This document shows positions 38,701 through 52,800 of a stretch of 64,000 nt of DNA, in pieces. This stretch comes from Antedon mediterranea (Eukaryota; Animalia; Echinodermata). Positions within the stretch are counted from its first letter, which is position 1. Each line of letters opens with the position of its first letter. The notes beneath the pieces were generated by a model. The model was not told the origin of the DNA, did not search any database, and saw only the letters and a program-made list of their open reading frames with translations. Location of the stretch: the NCBI RefSeq assembly GCF_964355755.1, contig NC_092677.1:8764101-8828100 (forward strand), written 5' to 3'. Position numbers and translations under genes: made by a program.

Positions 38701-41700
38701 GCATTTTATTTTGTCTTATATAGAGCCTATATTGGTATTTAACTAAAATTAATTTTGTAGCCTACTGAATAATATATACTGTATAATATAATATGGCCTA
38801 GGCCTAGGGCCTAGGCCTACGTAGTAGTACTGGTACTAGTAGAAAGCCCAATCAACAACCAAGCACAGAAACTAAGGGCACAATATAGATCTATAAGTAA
38901 GTGCAGTAGCACCCTATATACTGTATCATTTAACTATATTATTAACTCTTAGAGTATTCTGATAATAATAAACCAAATATTACCTTTTTTAGTCGAGATG
39001 TATCAGTATATCGCCTGTAACAGGTAGCATGAAAACCTAAGCCTGGATGCTCGCGTACGACATCGTCAAACGATTTACCTTCATCAGACATACCAAGCTC
39101 CGTCAAATGTATGGCGATTTCCTTGCCGTCGCCATCTAATTTTATCCAACTCTTTGAACAGAGCAACACTTTATTCCATCGAATCTCAGTAATTGGACTG
39201 ATAATTTCATTTGAATTAATTGAATGCTTGTAAATTTGGAAAAAACATTTCAACTTTACTTTGTCTGAGCGAGAAGATCCTTCCTCGTCGGACGCCATTT
39301 CGTGTTTACATCGTGCTGATTTTGACGTCTGCTGCCTAAACGTCGCGTATGATTGGTTTAACTGATGTCATGTGATACAAAATGGCAACTGCGAAAATAT
39401 ATTCTTTTATACTTTTAAAATCAAGATTTCTTTAAAATGTCAGGAAAATTTTCGTGGAACTTTTTAATACGTGATTAATTTATTTTTATGTATATGAATC
39501 AAGAGAGTTCACTTATTATGCTTAATGAGGAACAAGAAAAAATGTTTTCATCTTCACCGTAAGGCCTAATACAGTACAATACAGTATAACAAAATAGTTA
39601 AAACATACATATTATTGTCCCTCATTTATTTCACAGGAAGGGCTTAATATTGTTCTATTTTATAATTAAGATTTTATCTCACCTCTGACCTCACTAAGCC
39701 ATCGCTTCCATAAGTTGAAATTGTACAGACTGTACCCAAACAGTCAGGAGTAGTGCAGTTTTTATGTAAAATATCCTATAAAAAACATCCTCATTTAATT
39801 ACACAGTTACTGCCTGCTTAAAGATGTAATATAAAATTTGATATTCTTCAAGAGAATTATATTTTCTAAGGGGATTATATTTCCTTGAAGCCATGATAGA
39901 ATAGGAAAGGCAAATACATAGTCTGCAGGCCTGCACAATGAGTGTTGTAATGTTTATGATTGATGACACATGATGATGCATTTCGATCAATCACATTTAT
40001 ATATTCATATAGGCTATTTTTTTACACTTGACTAAAAGTGATGACAATAAAAAGTTATATAAAATACTAACCTTTTCATGGGAATAATTATAATTCTCTA
40101 CTTTAAAATGTTTCCAGCAAAGTATGTGATAGTCCAGTCTGCAATCCTCTGTACAGATAGTGTGAACATAACCTTTGAAATCTATATCAGTCAAGTATAT
40201 CTCTTGCTTGATAAAAATACACTGATCAAAGCTGCAGACAGCTAATGGTTTGGGCGGGTTCTTGCACTCATGAATAAGGTCTTCAAAAGATTTCTGTAAA
40301 TTATAGTGAAAAAATATAAAATTAATTGATATTCATTGGAGTGATAATATAAAGTAATAATATTTTTAATTCTAGTGAAGGGGAAAAGGATTTTAAGAAT
40401 ATTTTTTATATAATTATAATAATAAATAAAATATGTAATTATATAATTTATTATGTATTAATATATTAATAACAATTGATATAAAAAAGTAGTTGATAAT
40501 TTTATTTTAGCTGTCAAAAGTGGGGAGTGTGTACCACTAGCACTATACAATGGATCCACCCCAAACTACTAGCACAATGCACATACCAACTTAATTCCAG
40601 GAAGACTTTCTCTTACTAGTTCCGTAGTGCCTGGCCAAAATATTGGATGAGATTCTCCTTCACCTAATTTTACATGATTTTCTCCTTTTATTAAATATTC
40701 TACTGCTACAGAAAACCTACACAAACATACAAAAAAAATATTTAGTTTAAATTTTTGTCAATAATAACACCCCATATAGATGTATATGTAATACTACTAG
40801 AATAATAACCTTAACAAAAGTATGTACCATTACCAACCTGTTAATCCTTTGATAAAAGCAACCAAATCCATAATAAACCAATGGAAACAAGATATGTTCA
40901 TGTTCTTTTAAAATCTTTCTAAAAAGCTGTTGAGATTTCATAATTTCCTGTAAAAAAGTAAACATTTTAAATGAGTTTTTAATTAATTAATCATGGAATC
41001 ATGGATTCGTGTTGATATTGTGCTTTATACGTAACAGTTTCAATGAATTATATGGTACACAGCTTTAATTTCTCATAAGAGTCTATTTGTGTCGAGTGGT
41101 GCCACCAAATGGCACTCATTTATCTGTAAGTAAACAACAAAGGCTGAGATGAACCAGTATACCGAAAGTGCACCAGGTTCTTTATAATGCACAAATTTTT
41201 TAGGTCCTTATCCGAGAATTGTTCTACAATATCACCAGTTATGGTTGAGGAGAGGCTTGAACACGTCGATATTGCGGTTATGGTCAGTGTGGAAATGATA
41301 ATGTCATATCACTACCATATTAATTAAGCATATCACTACCATATTTGAGCACATCACACTTTTTTATCTAACTAGTTTGATAGAATAGCTAGAGCTTTAC
41401 ATCCTTTTATGGACATATACAATACACTTACATCTGGAATATCAGTACTAAGACATATATGAGCATGACAGTATGTAATTTCCACATATCTGACTTCACC
41501 CATTCCGCCAAACTGGAAAAACAAATAAAAAATTCAAGTCAGTTATGGCATACACAGATCACACATATCTGACAGTATTTTTCAATTTAGTACAACGTAT
41601 AAAAGTTCTGTTGGTAAGTTGGAAGACTGAACTTCTCTGCAGTCACTGATTGGTTTTTCAGTATCAACTGACTAGAGGAACTGACGAAGTCAAGCTGGTT

Positions 41701-44700
41701 AGCTAGTCGAAACTGTCTTGTTTATTATTGGTTTAAATCATAATAAACTTTACCTATTACTACATTAAAACCAGATGAAATCGTAATAATAATACTAGTC
41801 TTATATAGTGCTTAATACAATGTTCCTAAGCACTATACACTAAACAATGATTCATAATATATCCTAAGATAACCAAAAAAATAAGAAAAGCAGGGGAACT
41901 ATTTAAACTGCTCCGTCCTCCAGCACCTTGAACCGGAACAGTTTTTTTTTTTTTGCGCTTTTCACATTATGCAACTTTATATTCGACTCAGCTTTCATTG
42001 CCTAGCATTACTAGAAAACTGTAGCACAGCAAACAAACATCAAGACATTCTCAACCTTACTTCTTTTCTGGAAACACATGGTGTCAAGCCTGACTTCGCT
42101 AGCACAATTTTTCATCTATAAACATTGTTGTACTGTATGGTCTGTGGAGTAGACAATCTTACCTTTTCAGGAGCGTCGTGCAAAATTTTAACTGCTTTCT
42201 GATAATGGCTCAGAGCGTTACGATACTTCTTCGCTGTATAACTCTTATACCCATGTTCAAATTCTTGGTCCATTTCACTTTTTTCTGATTTTCGTATAGG
42301 AGATTGAATTGATACAGCAGCTGGCTTTGTTCGCCGTTGTAGTTTTACTTCTATTTTTATATCCTGACACTAAAAAAAAAAAAAATACAAGCGAATAGTA
42401 ATTTAGGATCCTGCAGTAAGTACCTAAATGAGTCAACAATCGAGCAGTTAATCATCTTAATTTAAATCACTGAATAAAATTTGAAGTATTTTGAAATTTT
42501 TTTAAAACAAAATCAAGTATGGTGCACTTGCATATCAGACCCATCACTACCACAATATTTATTTTAATTAATTCTTGCCAAAAACAGGAAGTAGGATAAA
42601 CTGGGCACATAAGTCACTAATAGTGATAAATTTCAGGAAATAGTTTCCAATTAATAAGCCACTCCCCAAGGCTTCTTTGTCAGACTTCCTTGTGGAGTAT
42701 TCAAGAGGACAACCACAAAGTAAGTATCAAGTAAGTACTACAACCGTTACTTATTCACTATCCTATAACTAGCACAAATGTCACTAAAGCTCTGTCTAGT
42801 TTGACAAAAAAGTGTGTTGTGCCTAAATATGGAATTGATATGCCCAAATATGGTACTGATTTGACATCATCATGTCCATATATGGGCAAATCACATTTTT
42901 TTGTCACACTATTTAAACCACAGTCACTATCATTGTCCCTACCACTACCCAGTTTAAATGTAATCAACAAATATATAATGAATAAATAATACATTTCACA
43001 CTTACTGGTTTCTTTGATTTTGATGATGCTGGTGTACTATTTGTTCTAGATTTCTTTTTATTTTCTTCTTTCCGAAGTCTCTCTTCTTTTTCTTTCTTTT
43101 CCCGAATTGCTCTTTTTTTCCTTATTGCAGTTAGACGAGCTATAGTTGGCTGTAAACAAATATTATTAAAATAACTAAGTTGTATGGTTCAAAATACAAT
43201 CTCCTATTGAAGACCTAAGATTCATGAAGGAAATCAAAATCAAGTTTTGGGATCAATGACTTTGGACAAACTAGGTCAAATCGAAAAGTCCCTACTAAAA
43301 ATTAACAATTTGTTTTTTACCATTAAAGCTTGTGAAAATGTCAATTAATTCATTTGTGTAGTATTCCTATCTTGCATATTCTAACTTTACAATTGAACAA
43401 TATTTATTTAGCGGGCCATGTTGATATTATTCGATAAAATCACTAACTTCAAAAAATTCTGAATCAGAGGCATCATCAGAAAAAGATTCCAATCCATCAG
43501 ATACTAGTTCCGGCATAGGACTGGATTCAGAGTTGTCTTCATCAGAGGAACCACTTGAGCCACATTGCTCTACTAAGTCTGGGACATCATCGTCATTCAC
43601 TAAAGGTTTTTCTAGTTTGAAAGTAAGAAAAGCATAGTTTAGTAACTTCATAATCTAGTAGACACAAGACATAAAGTAGTGTAGTTTTCGCAAAAAAGGG
43701 AAGAATCTCTGTTTAAGCCAATGGGTTGTTAAAGGTGGTCAGGTTGAAACCTTACCAACCAAACTGGTGGTTACGACCCTGCTTAATATAAAGTACAAAA
43801 TTATGTCAGGGAAACAATTAGTTAATAGAATAATTACCACTATGTTCATCAAACTTGATCTTTTGAAGAGTCAAATCTCTCTTTTCATTGCCATCATCAA
43901 CAAATTGCAATCCCACAATGTTTTCTCTTTTGGCACGTTCAAGAAAATTTAATTCATATAATGCTTGTGCATATCTATAGTAAGCCTTCGCCCAAGTTGG
44001 TTTAAGAATTAACGCTCTACGACTGTCCCATAAAGCCTCTCTGAACATGTTTTTCTTTAAGTAGGTCTGTGCTCGATTACCATACAGATAGTGGTTATAA
44101 GGACTACAAAGAAATTAAAGAAAATTATCATTATTATTTGAAGAGATACAGGTGAAGGCGAGTCCTATATTCACTCTTGGAATGAGCTGGAGCTCATTGT
44201 AGCCATTATGTGGTAGGGTGACCAATTCCTTGCCATGCAGCCATATCCTCCCAACCAGGTACTCATTTACAGACTGGGAGTTATCGGGAAACAGTCAACT
44301 ATCCTAACCACTAAGCTACCCAAGTGGTTTGTCCTCTAAAATATGAAAACTAAATATGAATAAAGTTAAAGACACCTTCCCTACGTTTTTTAAATCTATT
44401 TTAAGATCACAAACTATATTTAATGTAAAAATAATACTATATGGTCCTATTGCGATAACTTTTTTTGTCTTTAAATGGTTAAAAATGTGAAAAATAAGTC
44501 GATTCTAATAATTATAGCGCACCACTATAAATCCCAAAATGCATTGCGCGCGGATTGATATTTCTGCTTTTCTTCTGTAATTAACCCACTTTTCGATCGA
44601 TCGCGAGGCCAAAACAAATGGAAGACTCCTAACTTCAGCAAAAATACCGGGTTTTCCCCAATTTGTATCAACGGAGTCTGGCAAGAATAGAAAGACAATT

Positions 44701-46833
44701 AATGCAGCAACTATACAACGTCAGGCTAGGTATATAGCTAGCGTACGATGTTCGTACGTTACCGATGTTTACCAGCTAGGCCTACAAAACTAAGCCTAGC
44801 TAGGCTAGGCCTAAAGACCGTCCACGAGAGGTCAGTCGCCGCGAGCTACTTAGGTAGTGCATTGTTTCTCACTTTTTATCATACTTTACCATAGAACGTA
44901 CATTTAAGACAAAGAATGACCTGGTTTAATGTTTTGAAAGTAATGTATATGTATTATTTTTACAAAACGTCACAAATTGTAGGGAAGGTGTCTTTAAACT
45001 TTAAATACCCATGCAAACTTATTTATTAATCTATGAAAGTTTAGAGAGGCCCAGTAAAGTATTGCAAAATGTAGTTTTAAACTTATTATCTTTTGTCAAA
45101 ACAATAAAATATTTCGCTTACTAAAAAGTTAAATTTAACCAAAAACCAACTGTTCCAGATAATGGTTATTTTTTCTTGATATTAACTTTTATCAGGAAAA
45201 ATGTGTTCTTTTTTATCCTTTTAAATTTTTGACTAAATGACTAAAAAATACTTACTCCAAGTCAATTGCTTTAGAATATAAAGCAGTGGCTCTTTCAATT
45301 AAACCTTCTTTAAATTTGTCGTTACCTTTCTGTCTGTATTTTTCTATCTAATAAAAAAAAAAACATTTTAAAATATTCAACAGATATCAGCAATTTTTAT
45401 GAAACATGCTCATCTGTTAAGCGGATATTTTTGTTTTGGTCTCGGCTATTTTTTTGTGTCTAGGCCTGTAAAGTTAGTTACCTCTGTAAGTTCCTATACA
45501 CTTACTCTCTTAGTCGTCATAACCATGTAGTAATAACACGAGACAGGTTAACTCTATTTAACACAAACAACGGTGCATTTATTATCGATACTTCGTGCTC
45601 GCAGCACAACAAAACCGCACACACTCTTTATGTGCTCAACAACCTTTGACCTCTATCTATAGACACTACAAGGCCTAGGTTAGAAGCTTTCTTAAATCAT
45701 GCGTATAAAATGGTGTGTACCAATAATTGTCTCGCTTTTTTTGATACAGTAGATTCAAGCGATTATTTATCTAATAATGTATTGGTATACCTTCTTCTCG
45801 GTCTCTGGAGAATTTTTCATATCACTGATTCTAGATTTACCTAACTCCAGCACATAAACCACATATTCTACATCTGCAATGAACAATGAATGACAAAGAC
45901 ACCATAATACAATAAATGGGATAAAACAATAATGATTGTTAGCAATTGGAGTATTAAATACACTATATAAATACATCAAACTTTATGTGATGTGCCCATA
46001 TATGGACATGTTGACATCATATCACTTCCACACATTTTTTGTAAAACTAATTTGATAGTTTAGACAGAGCTTTACGTATTACTATAGTCTATTTCATAAG
46101 ATCCCTACCTGTACAGTATATAAAGGTAGGTAGATCACACATAGACTTCTAACCAGTGGCATAACACAGGAGGCAAATGCCCCTGGTTTAGCACTCCTAA
46201 GAGGCCTACAATGATGGGTAGTTGCATTGGGGCTAATTATGCTCTGGGTTCCTTAAGCTAGCATCTAGGATTATAGCCAGTGGGCGTTCATAGATGTTAC
46301 GGTCATGATGTTCTAATTTTTATAAGAGTCGTTTTAATTGGTGTATATGGGTGTTAAGAATCAAGCTGAGTTAATAATTAGGGTATAGGCAAACTATCTT
46401 GCAGCCCTCTAGCATAGAAAAAAATTACATTCATATCATATTACATTCATATCATGTTACATTCATGATTCCTGCCTGGAAATAAATGCATCCAGGCTTG
46501 GATAAAGTCAAGTGTACTTGGATTATTTTTTTATTTTTTTTTTGCTGAATAAGGAATCAATTCTGTGTATTAGAAAAAATGTACATCAATTTGGGTAAAA
46601 CATCCTTCTAAACTCTAGATGTATTTGACATTACATCTTACATGCTTTTGCGCAATACAGCACTGCCATCTTCCTTTCAAAAGTTGCACCGTGATCGTTT
46701 AAAAAATCACTATAAAAGAAAAATATTTTTAAAATGTGAATGCTAGATTCAAATATATATATAATATATATATATCTGACGAGATCTAATAAGATCGAAA
46801 CAGTACTGTCTGCAGATTGGTTATATATATATA

Positions 46834-46865
<32 letters not shown>

Positions 46866-49800
46866 ACCAATCTGCAGACAGACAGTCTCGGTTGGGGCGA
46901 CTTTTTCTCATTCTCACAGATTTCCTCATCTTTATCGTTTCAAATTAATTAATTAAATTTCAGTATATCACCGGGCGGTTTAGAATTAATGTTCTGTGCC
47001 TGATTTGTTTATATATATATATATATATAATCCAAGAGAAAATAATACAATTAAGAATTTATTTTAAATTTGGCTTCGGTCAACACATTTGGTATTCTTG
47101 ATAGACCAGCTCTTGCAGTGTTGGGGAAAAGAAAAATTTTTAGGATAATCAGTCTTTTAGAATTTGTTCAAACAGTGAAGGTAACTTTACTTATTCGAAC
47201 TTGCATAGCATGTCATTTTGGATAAAGCTTTTGTATTTGTTTGAACAACAAATACCAGACTTTATAAAATCTTTATTGTGCATACCATTAAATATAGAAT
47301 GGTGTTTTGTAGAATACCAATATATTGTATTGATTTTAGCGTTCGTTTTTATTGTTGCAACTGCTTATCTTCATTTTTTTAAACATACCAAAACGTTGAT
47401 TCTGCTTTGCCTATCTTTGTACAATCTTCTGATTTCTGTGCATACTAAATAAGAGAAATTACAGCTGAAAACTTACTGCAGTATTAAACTACATACATGT
47501 TGTTTAACCTTTAACATTATTAGCAAGGTTTTGGGGGATAATAATCATACACTGTTTATCACAGTGACTGCTTCATAAAATTTTACATGAAACAAACTGC
47601 AGTTGTATATTATTGCAGTAAAGAAATGCAGTTACTGCAGTAGAAAATTTATGATAAAATGATCATTTTTAGTCAGATCTTAAAAATGTTGTCTCTTTAT
47701 GCTCAATTTATGCAATAGTTTAGCAAGGTTTTTGGGGTAATAGTAGACATGGCTTTATTGCAGTAAAATCGATGCCCTTGTCTGGAGTAAAATAAAGTTT
47801 ACATAGCTTATATACCTTACATACTTTAAAAACATGTATTATCAGTAGTCATTTTCAAGCAGATCTAGGATCACCCATAACAAATTTATTCACATTATCT
47901 TAATAATAGGCAACGATCAGTAAACAAACAACACACAGGATGTTCTGCATAAATAAGGTCTGATAAAACAACAAGTCTCTAGTGGAGTTGTCACAAGATA
48001 CAAATATTAGTCACCATTGGGTCAAAATACCGACATGAATCCAGGGTAAAGGGAAACAGACCCATGGGAGGGGGAACACATTCACTGCAACCTCTCTTCT
48101 ATTCAAATACTGATTTTCGATAAACTTTACACAAATTTTAGCTATTATAACTACATTGTAATGTTTTAATCATTGGCATTTAGACCTAGAGAATCCTATG
48201 CATGCCCCTCCCACTATCCTATTAAATTTTATGAACAATTTAGCAGCTACAAATTGCACTACTAAGCACATTCAGGTGTGCTGTAGGTACAGTATGCTGT
48301 TTGCATCTTATTAGTGTGTAAAATATTATCAAATTTAAGTGGGCTGTAATGGCACACCTCAGAGGCATTCTTAACATTTACTTACGGAATCAATGTCTTC
48401 AACTACTGTCATACATGAATAGAAGAAAATTGGAATTTCCTATGAAAAGAAGGAAAAAACATTAAATATTAAAGAGAAACATTCTAAAGCAGGAAATAAT
48501 TTAAATAAGTAAATACGTTAAGTTAAGCTCTGTCTTCACTATCATATTAGTTTGGCAACATGGCAGTGATATGACATCACCGTGTCCATATGGGCACATC
48601 ACGCATTCAGTTTAATTCAGTGTAGACAGAGCTTAAGGCATGGTTTCCACTAGAAATGCAAAATGCAAGGACATAGACACAACACAAGCGAGTTGACCAA
48701 CGACAAGCGGCAATTTGAATAATCCAATGACAAATCAATCTTTTTGCCTTAAGCTTGGTTCCCACTAGAACGTAACGCAAGGACGTAAACGCAACGCAAG
48801 CGTTTTAACCAATGACAAGCGAAGTTATAGACAGTTCGCAATCACAAGCGAATAAGCCATCGCTTGTGATTGGTCAATTCACTTGCGTTGCGTTACGTCC
48901 TTGTGTTGCGTCGCTAGTGGGAACCACGCTTAAGTAAAGTAAGTTTTTACAGTAAAACACCATATGATGAATCAGTTCTTTTTGTTAGATTTCTTTTCAT
49001 ATAAGATACATTCTGTAATGTAACCTTTCTCAATGTGCAGTTTCCCCTCATTAAGTTTACAGGAAAGGGGTGCCCAAAAAAGACATAATTCTGTAAAGCT
49101 AGATAAAAATCCGGCCAATAACCTCTCCATCTGACGTAAAAATGAGTATAAATAATTCTCATAATTATGTGGCTTTTGTACAAATGGAAATAGCAATGAT
49201 TTTTATATGAATCTTACCATCTTTTTTACTAATGCATTAAATATTTTATCCAGTGTATCTAGGGCAAAGAAGAAGGAATCTTTATGGCACGTCACTTCCA
49301 GTTTTCTACAAAAGAAAACAAAATGAATTAAAAATACATGTATGCCTACTATTTTTGTAATGCAGCGGAACCTGGGGTTTTTACAATCATGATTTTCTAC
49401 AAGCCTTTAATTTATAAACCCTGATTTAAAAATAACAGGTTAGGTTTTACATCCAGTGTAGCAGTCATTTTTAAAATGTGTTCTATAATGGTTAATAAAA
49501 AAAAGACTTTGACAGTAACTATATTTTATTTAAACTTTTGTTTAAAGATGTATTGTCCTCCTGAAAAAATAATTCTTAAAAAAATTGTTGTTGAATATTC
49601 CATTTTAATAGTTATCCACTTTGAGCAAAAATTGGATTACAAAAAAAAAGGAATTTAAAGCAAAAAATAGTCAAATTGGTTGCCAGCGAGCCAAAGGATT
49701 TTGGTTGAATTTAACCATTTATTTTGTCATTTTACAAGTGAAAACATAATTGTTTTCATTATTTTTCTATGGAAGGAAGTGAATAACTTTATTAAAACTA

Positions 49801-52800
49801 CAAAATAACATATTCAAAGTCTGATTTAATTAATCTTCATTTTTCATGTTTTTTGGGGACAATACTTGTTACTTGTTTGCATAGCTATCCCCATTATTGG
49901 GGACATTTCGCCATCATTGACATTATGTTGACATAGCACAACAATGAGAGACGTTAATTTTGATGAGAAGGTCATGGAACACTAATTAATACATCTTTAA
50001 CTAATTATTTATCAAGTTTCTTTATTTGCGTAATATTACACACTGTTTATTGCAATGACTACATCAAAAAAATAAAAGAATTGAAAGAACTCTATTATTA
50101 TTAAATGAAATATAATTAATATGTTAAAATTAAATATTATACAGGGATCATTACTTGTTAAAAAGTTGTATACTGTACATGAAAATCATTTTACTAGAAT
50201 GTTCCAAAAATTGTTATTTTTGGTATTTTCATTTCCCAGTGAACTTTGAGCATCATACACACAGTGTGATATTTACGTAGTTTCAACAAAGCAAAGAATG
50301 CTAAATTATTCATGCATCGCCAACTCTATTGTTACTACAATCATTAAATCTGTTATGGTTTAATAGTCAACCATGTCAGCCATTTTACCTTCATTTAACA
50401 ATTGGCATTAAAAAACGACTACACAAATTTAAGTGGTTCGTAGTTCCTCGTGTATAATCCCATCCTTTTGAAATTTGTCTGAATTGGGAGGTGGAACTAC
50501 ACCTGGGATTCTCCTGTGTATGACGCACACAAAAATACCTTATATTTATCAACGCATTAATGGACACAACAAAGGTATCATAGGAGAACATCTAAGAAAT
50601 CATGATATCTGTTACTGATAACTTATTTTAAAGTACCTAATTGCAAATCTAAATTTGATAGCTTAATTCGATAAAATTGCTTTGGATAAAAGAGTAATCA
50701 GTCTGTTAACAAATATGAATCAATCCAAGCAAAATTGTTTAATAATTAACGAGAGGAGGAGCCTATCAGCCTTTGTTACTAATTGTATTTCCTATTTTGT
50801 TGTTTAGTTGTTAATTTTATTTTAAAGATTTTACTATTTTAGATTATCAATTATTAGTTACCAATTATAATTCTTTTAATAGAAATGTCCTCTTCATTAT
50901 ACTCTGAGGAACTACTGTACAGCACACCTGTATACCACAGTTTCCTTCAAAACAAGTTTTTTTTTTTTTTTTTCGTGGTTTGCTCTTTAACCTGTTTATG
51001 CACTAAATATAGCTTTTTTGACTAATCATACAGTGACTGACTCATCATTAATAAACTTCTACATTGGATTACTAAAATCAAAGTCATTAAACAATATTGA
51101 AGTAGAATAATAATGCACAGTATACAGTGTTTAAGGTCTGGAGAAAGAAGGGTATTCGTAACTACCCAGCAGTGAGAACAAAAACATTCTGTTAAGCAAT
51201 CTACAATAGCAACAAGAGCACAAAGACACTTCTTTCATTAAACAACAATCTTTGAATATTTTAAAGAATTTTCACACAAAACATTGGACTAAAAATAGTC
51301 TGCCATTCATAATTCATTATTTATTGACACTCAATGTATTTATTATAAATAATAAGCTACTGTATTAGTGTTAGTGAGAAATATAAAGACTGATAGCATT
51401 TAGTCAGGTCTTACTGTAATCCACAAAAAAAAAATGTTTGCATCATAAAGACAGGATGGTAAGAAATAAATGCTTAAAAAATAAACAAAGAATTAAATGC
51501 TAAGATTATGATAAATAATTTACAAGATACCACAGGTATTAAAATAGCATCTTTCCACAGCCAAAAAATAACCGATAAACTGCATATGGAACCAGGTTTT
51601 AGTTGTAGAGAAAAATTAACTGATAATTATCTAATTAGATAATTATAGGATAAATTTGATAATTTTTAACCTTTGACCTGAAGGACACATTTTTGCGTTG
51701 TGATTGGGCATCTGGTTGTTGGGTAATGATCATGCGCACTTTATTAGTTAAAAAATTAACTTTTGTTTTGGCTGCGGAAACAAGGGCCGGCCTAAGAGAG
51801 GTTACATACTTTGCGTTTTTCAGGAAGCCTGCTTCTTGTAGCCATCTAAGCCAACACTCTGGAACGTATGATTTGCCAAACAAAAAAGGTGCAAAGAAGC
51901 AGATCTTAATTGCATGATTATGTTTGCATCTTGTCAAAGTATCAATACTTTTCCACCTTTCGATTATCGCCTGCAAAAATAAGAAATCAGAAATATATTT
52001 AGGGACCATGTCAACAATTCTACTGCTATAAAAATCATGAATGAAAAGGAGCAATTAGATTTTGTCCTAAACAAAGAAAAAAAATGTATTATTTTATTAG
52101 TTTTAAACACCACAACAACAAATTTGTATACAAGCCAATTGCTGGAAACTGATGATGGCGTGCTTCTCTAAAAAAACAATACGATACTCCATAGAAACGG
52201 GTGTAAAAAATGGAATTAATTCATGTTTTAAAGTTTATCTTTTTATGTGAGGAAACAAGGAAGTTCTTGTACTGTAAGTCTATCATTATGGGCCGTACTG
52301 TATGAATATTCAACCATGGATTCAACGACCTCTAAAAAATCTATGTGTACACACAATAATGTGCAAATTATGTTTTTTGAGGAAGAGGAAATTCTACACA
52401 CGTAACTTATAACTTCAATGCTTGTGGTGGTTTCAAATTGAAACCATCAATTGAACTACACAATATTAGACACAAGAGTATTTAAATGTACAGTACTGTA
52501 GATGATATTGTAGCTTGCTTTACCATATTGATCTACTGTACTCTAATACAAAACACTCCTTCTCATTGGTATTCTAAACATGTCTATAAAATATACAGTG
52601 TGCTTGTGTCTAGACATACTGTACTGTATATCATTATGTTATTAATAACATTTACAGTACAGTACCTGTATTTCCACAAATAATACACATATACACCAAT
52701 AATGAACATATGATGCAAGAAAGTAAACAAATGGAATAGGGATGCCACAGCAAGCAATCTTTAAATTGGGCGCCCCTCCAAATGTTAAGATATTAATAAA

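Larger units (their letters stand above)
35329..39568 (-). mobile_element. Internally deleted Academ-superfamily DNA transposon in a TTC3-like intron
   Basis: Imperfect ~65-bp TIRs TAGGCCTTACGG(C/T)GAAG(C/A)TGAAA..GTTCCTCAT(C/T)AAGCATAATA with a 3-bp ATA duplication (35326-35328 / 39569-39571). Encloses a spliced transposase remnant. Confidence 0.8.

Noticed and set aside
50389-50591. Possible TTC3 coding exon with good splice-like boundaries
   Set aside because: All three minus-strand frames stop before the donor, so it is at most a non-coding or poison exon.
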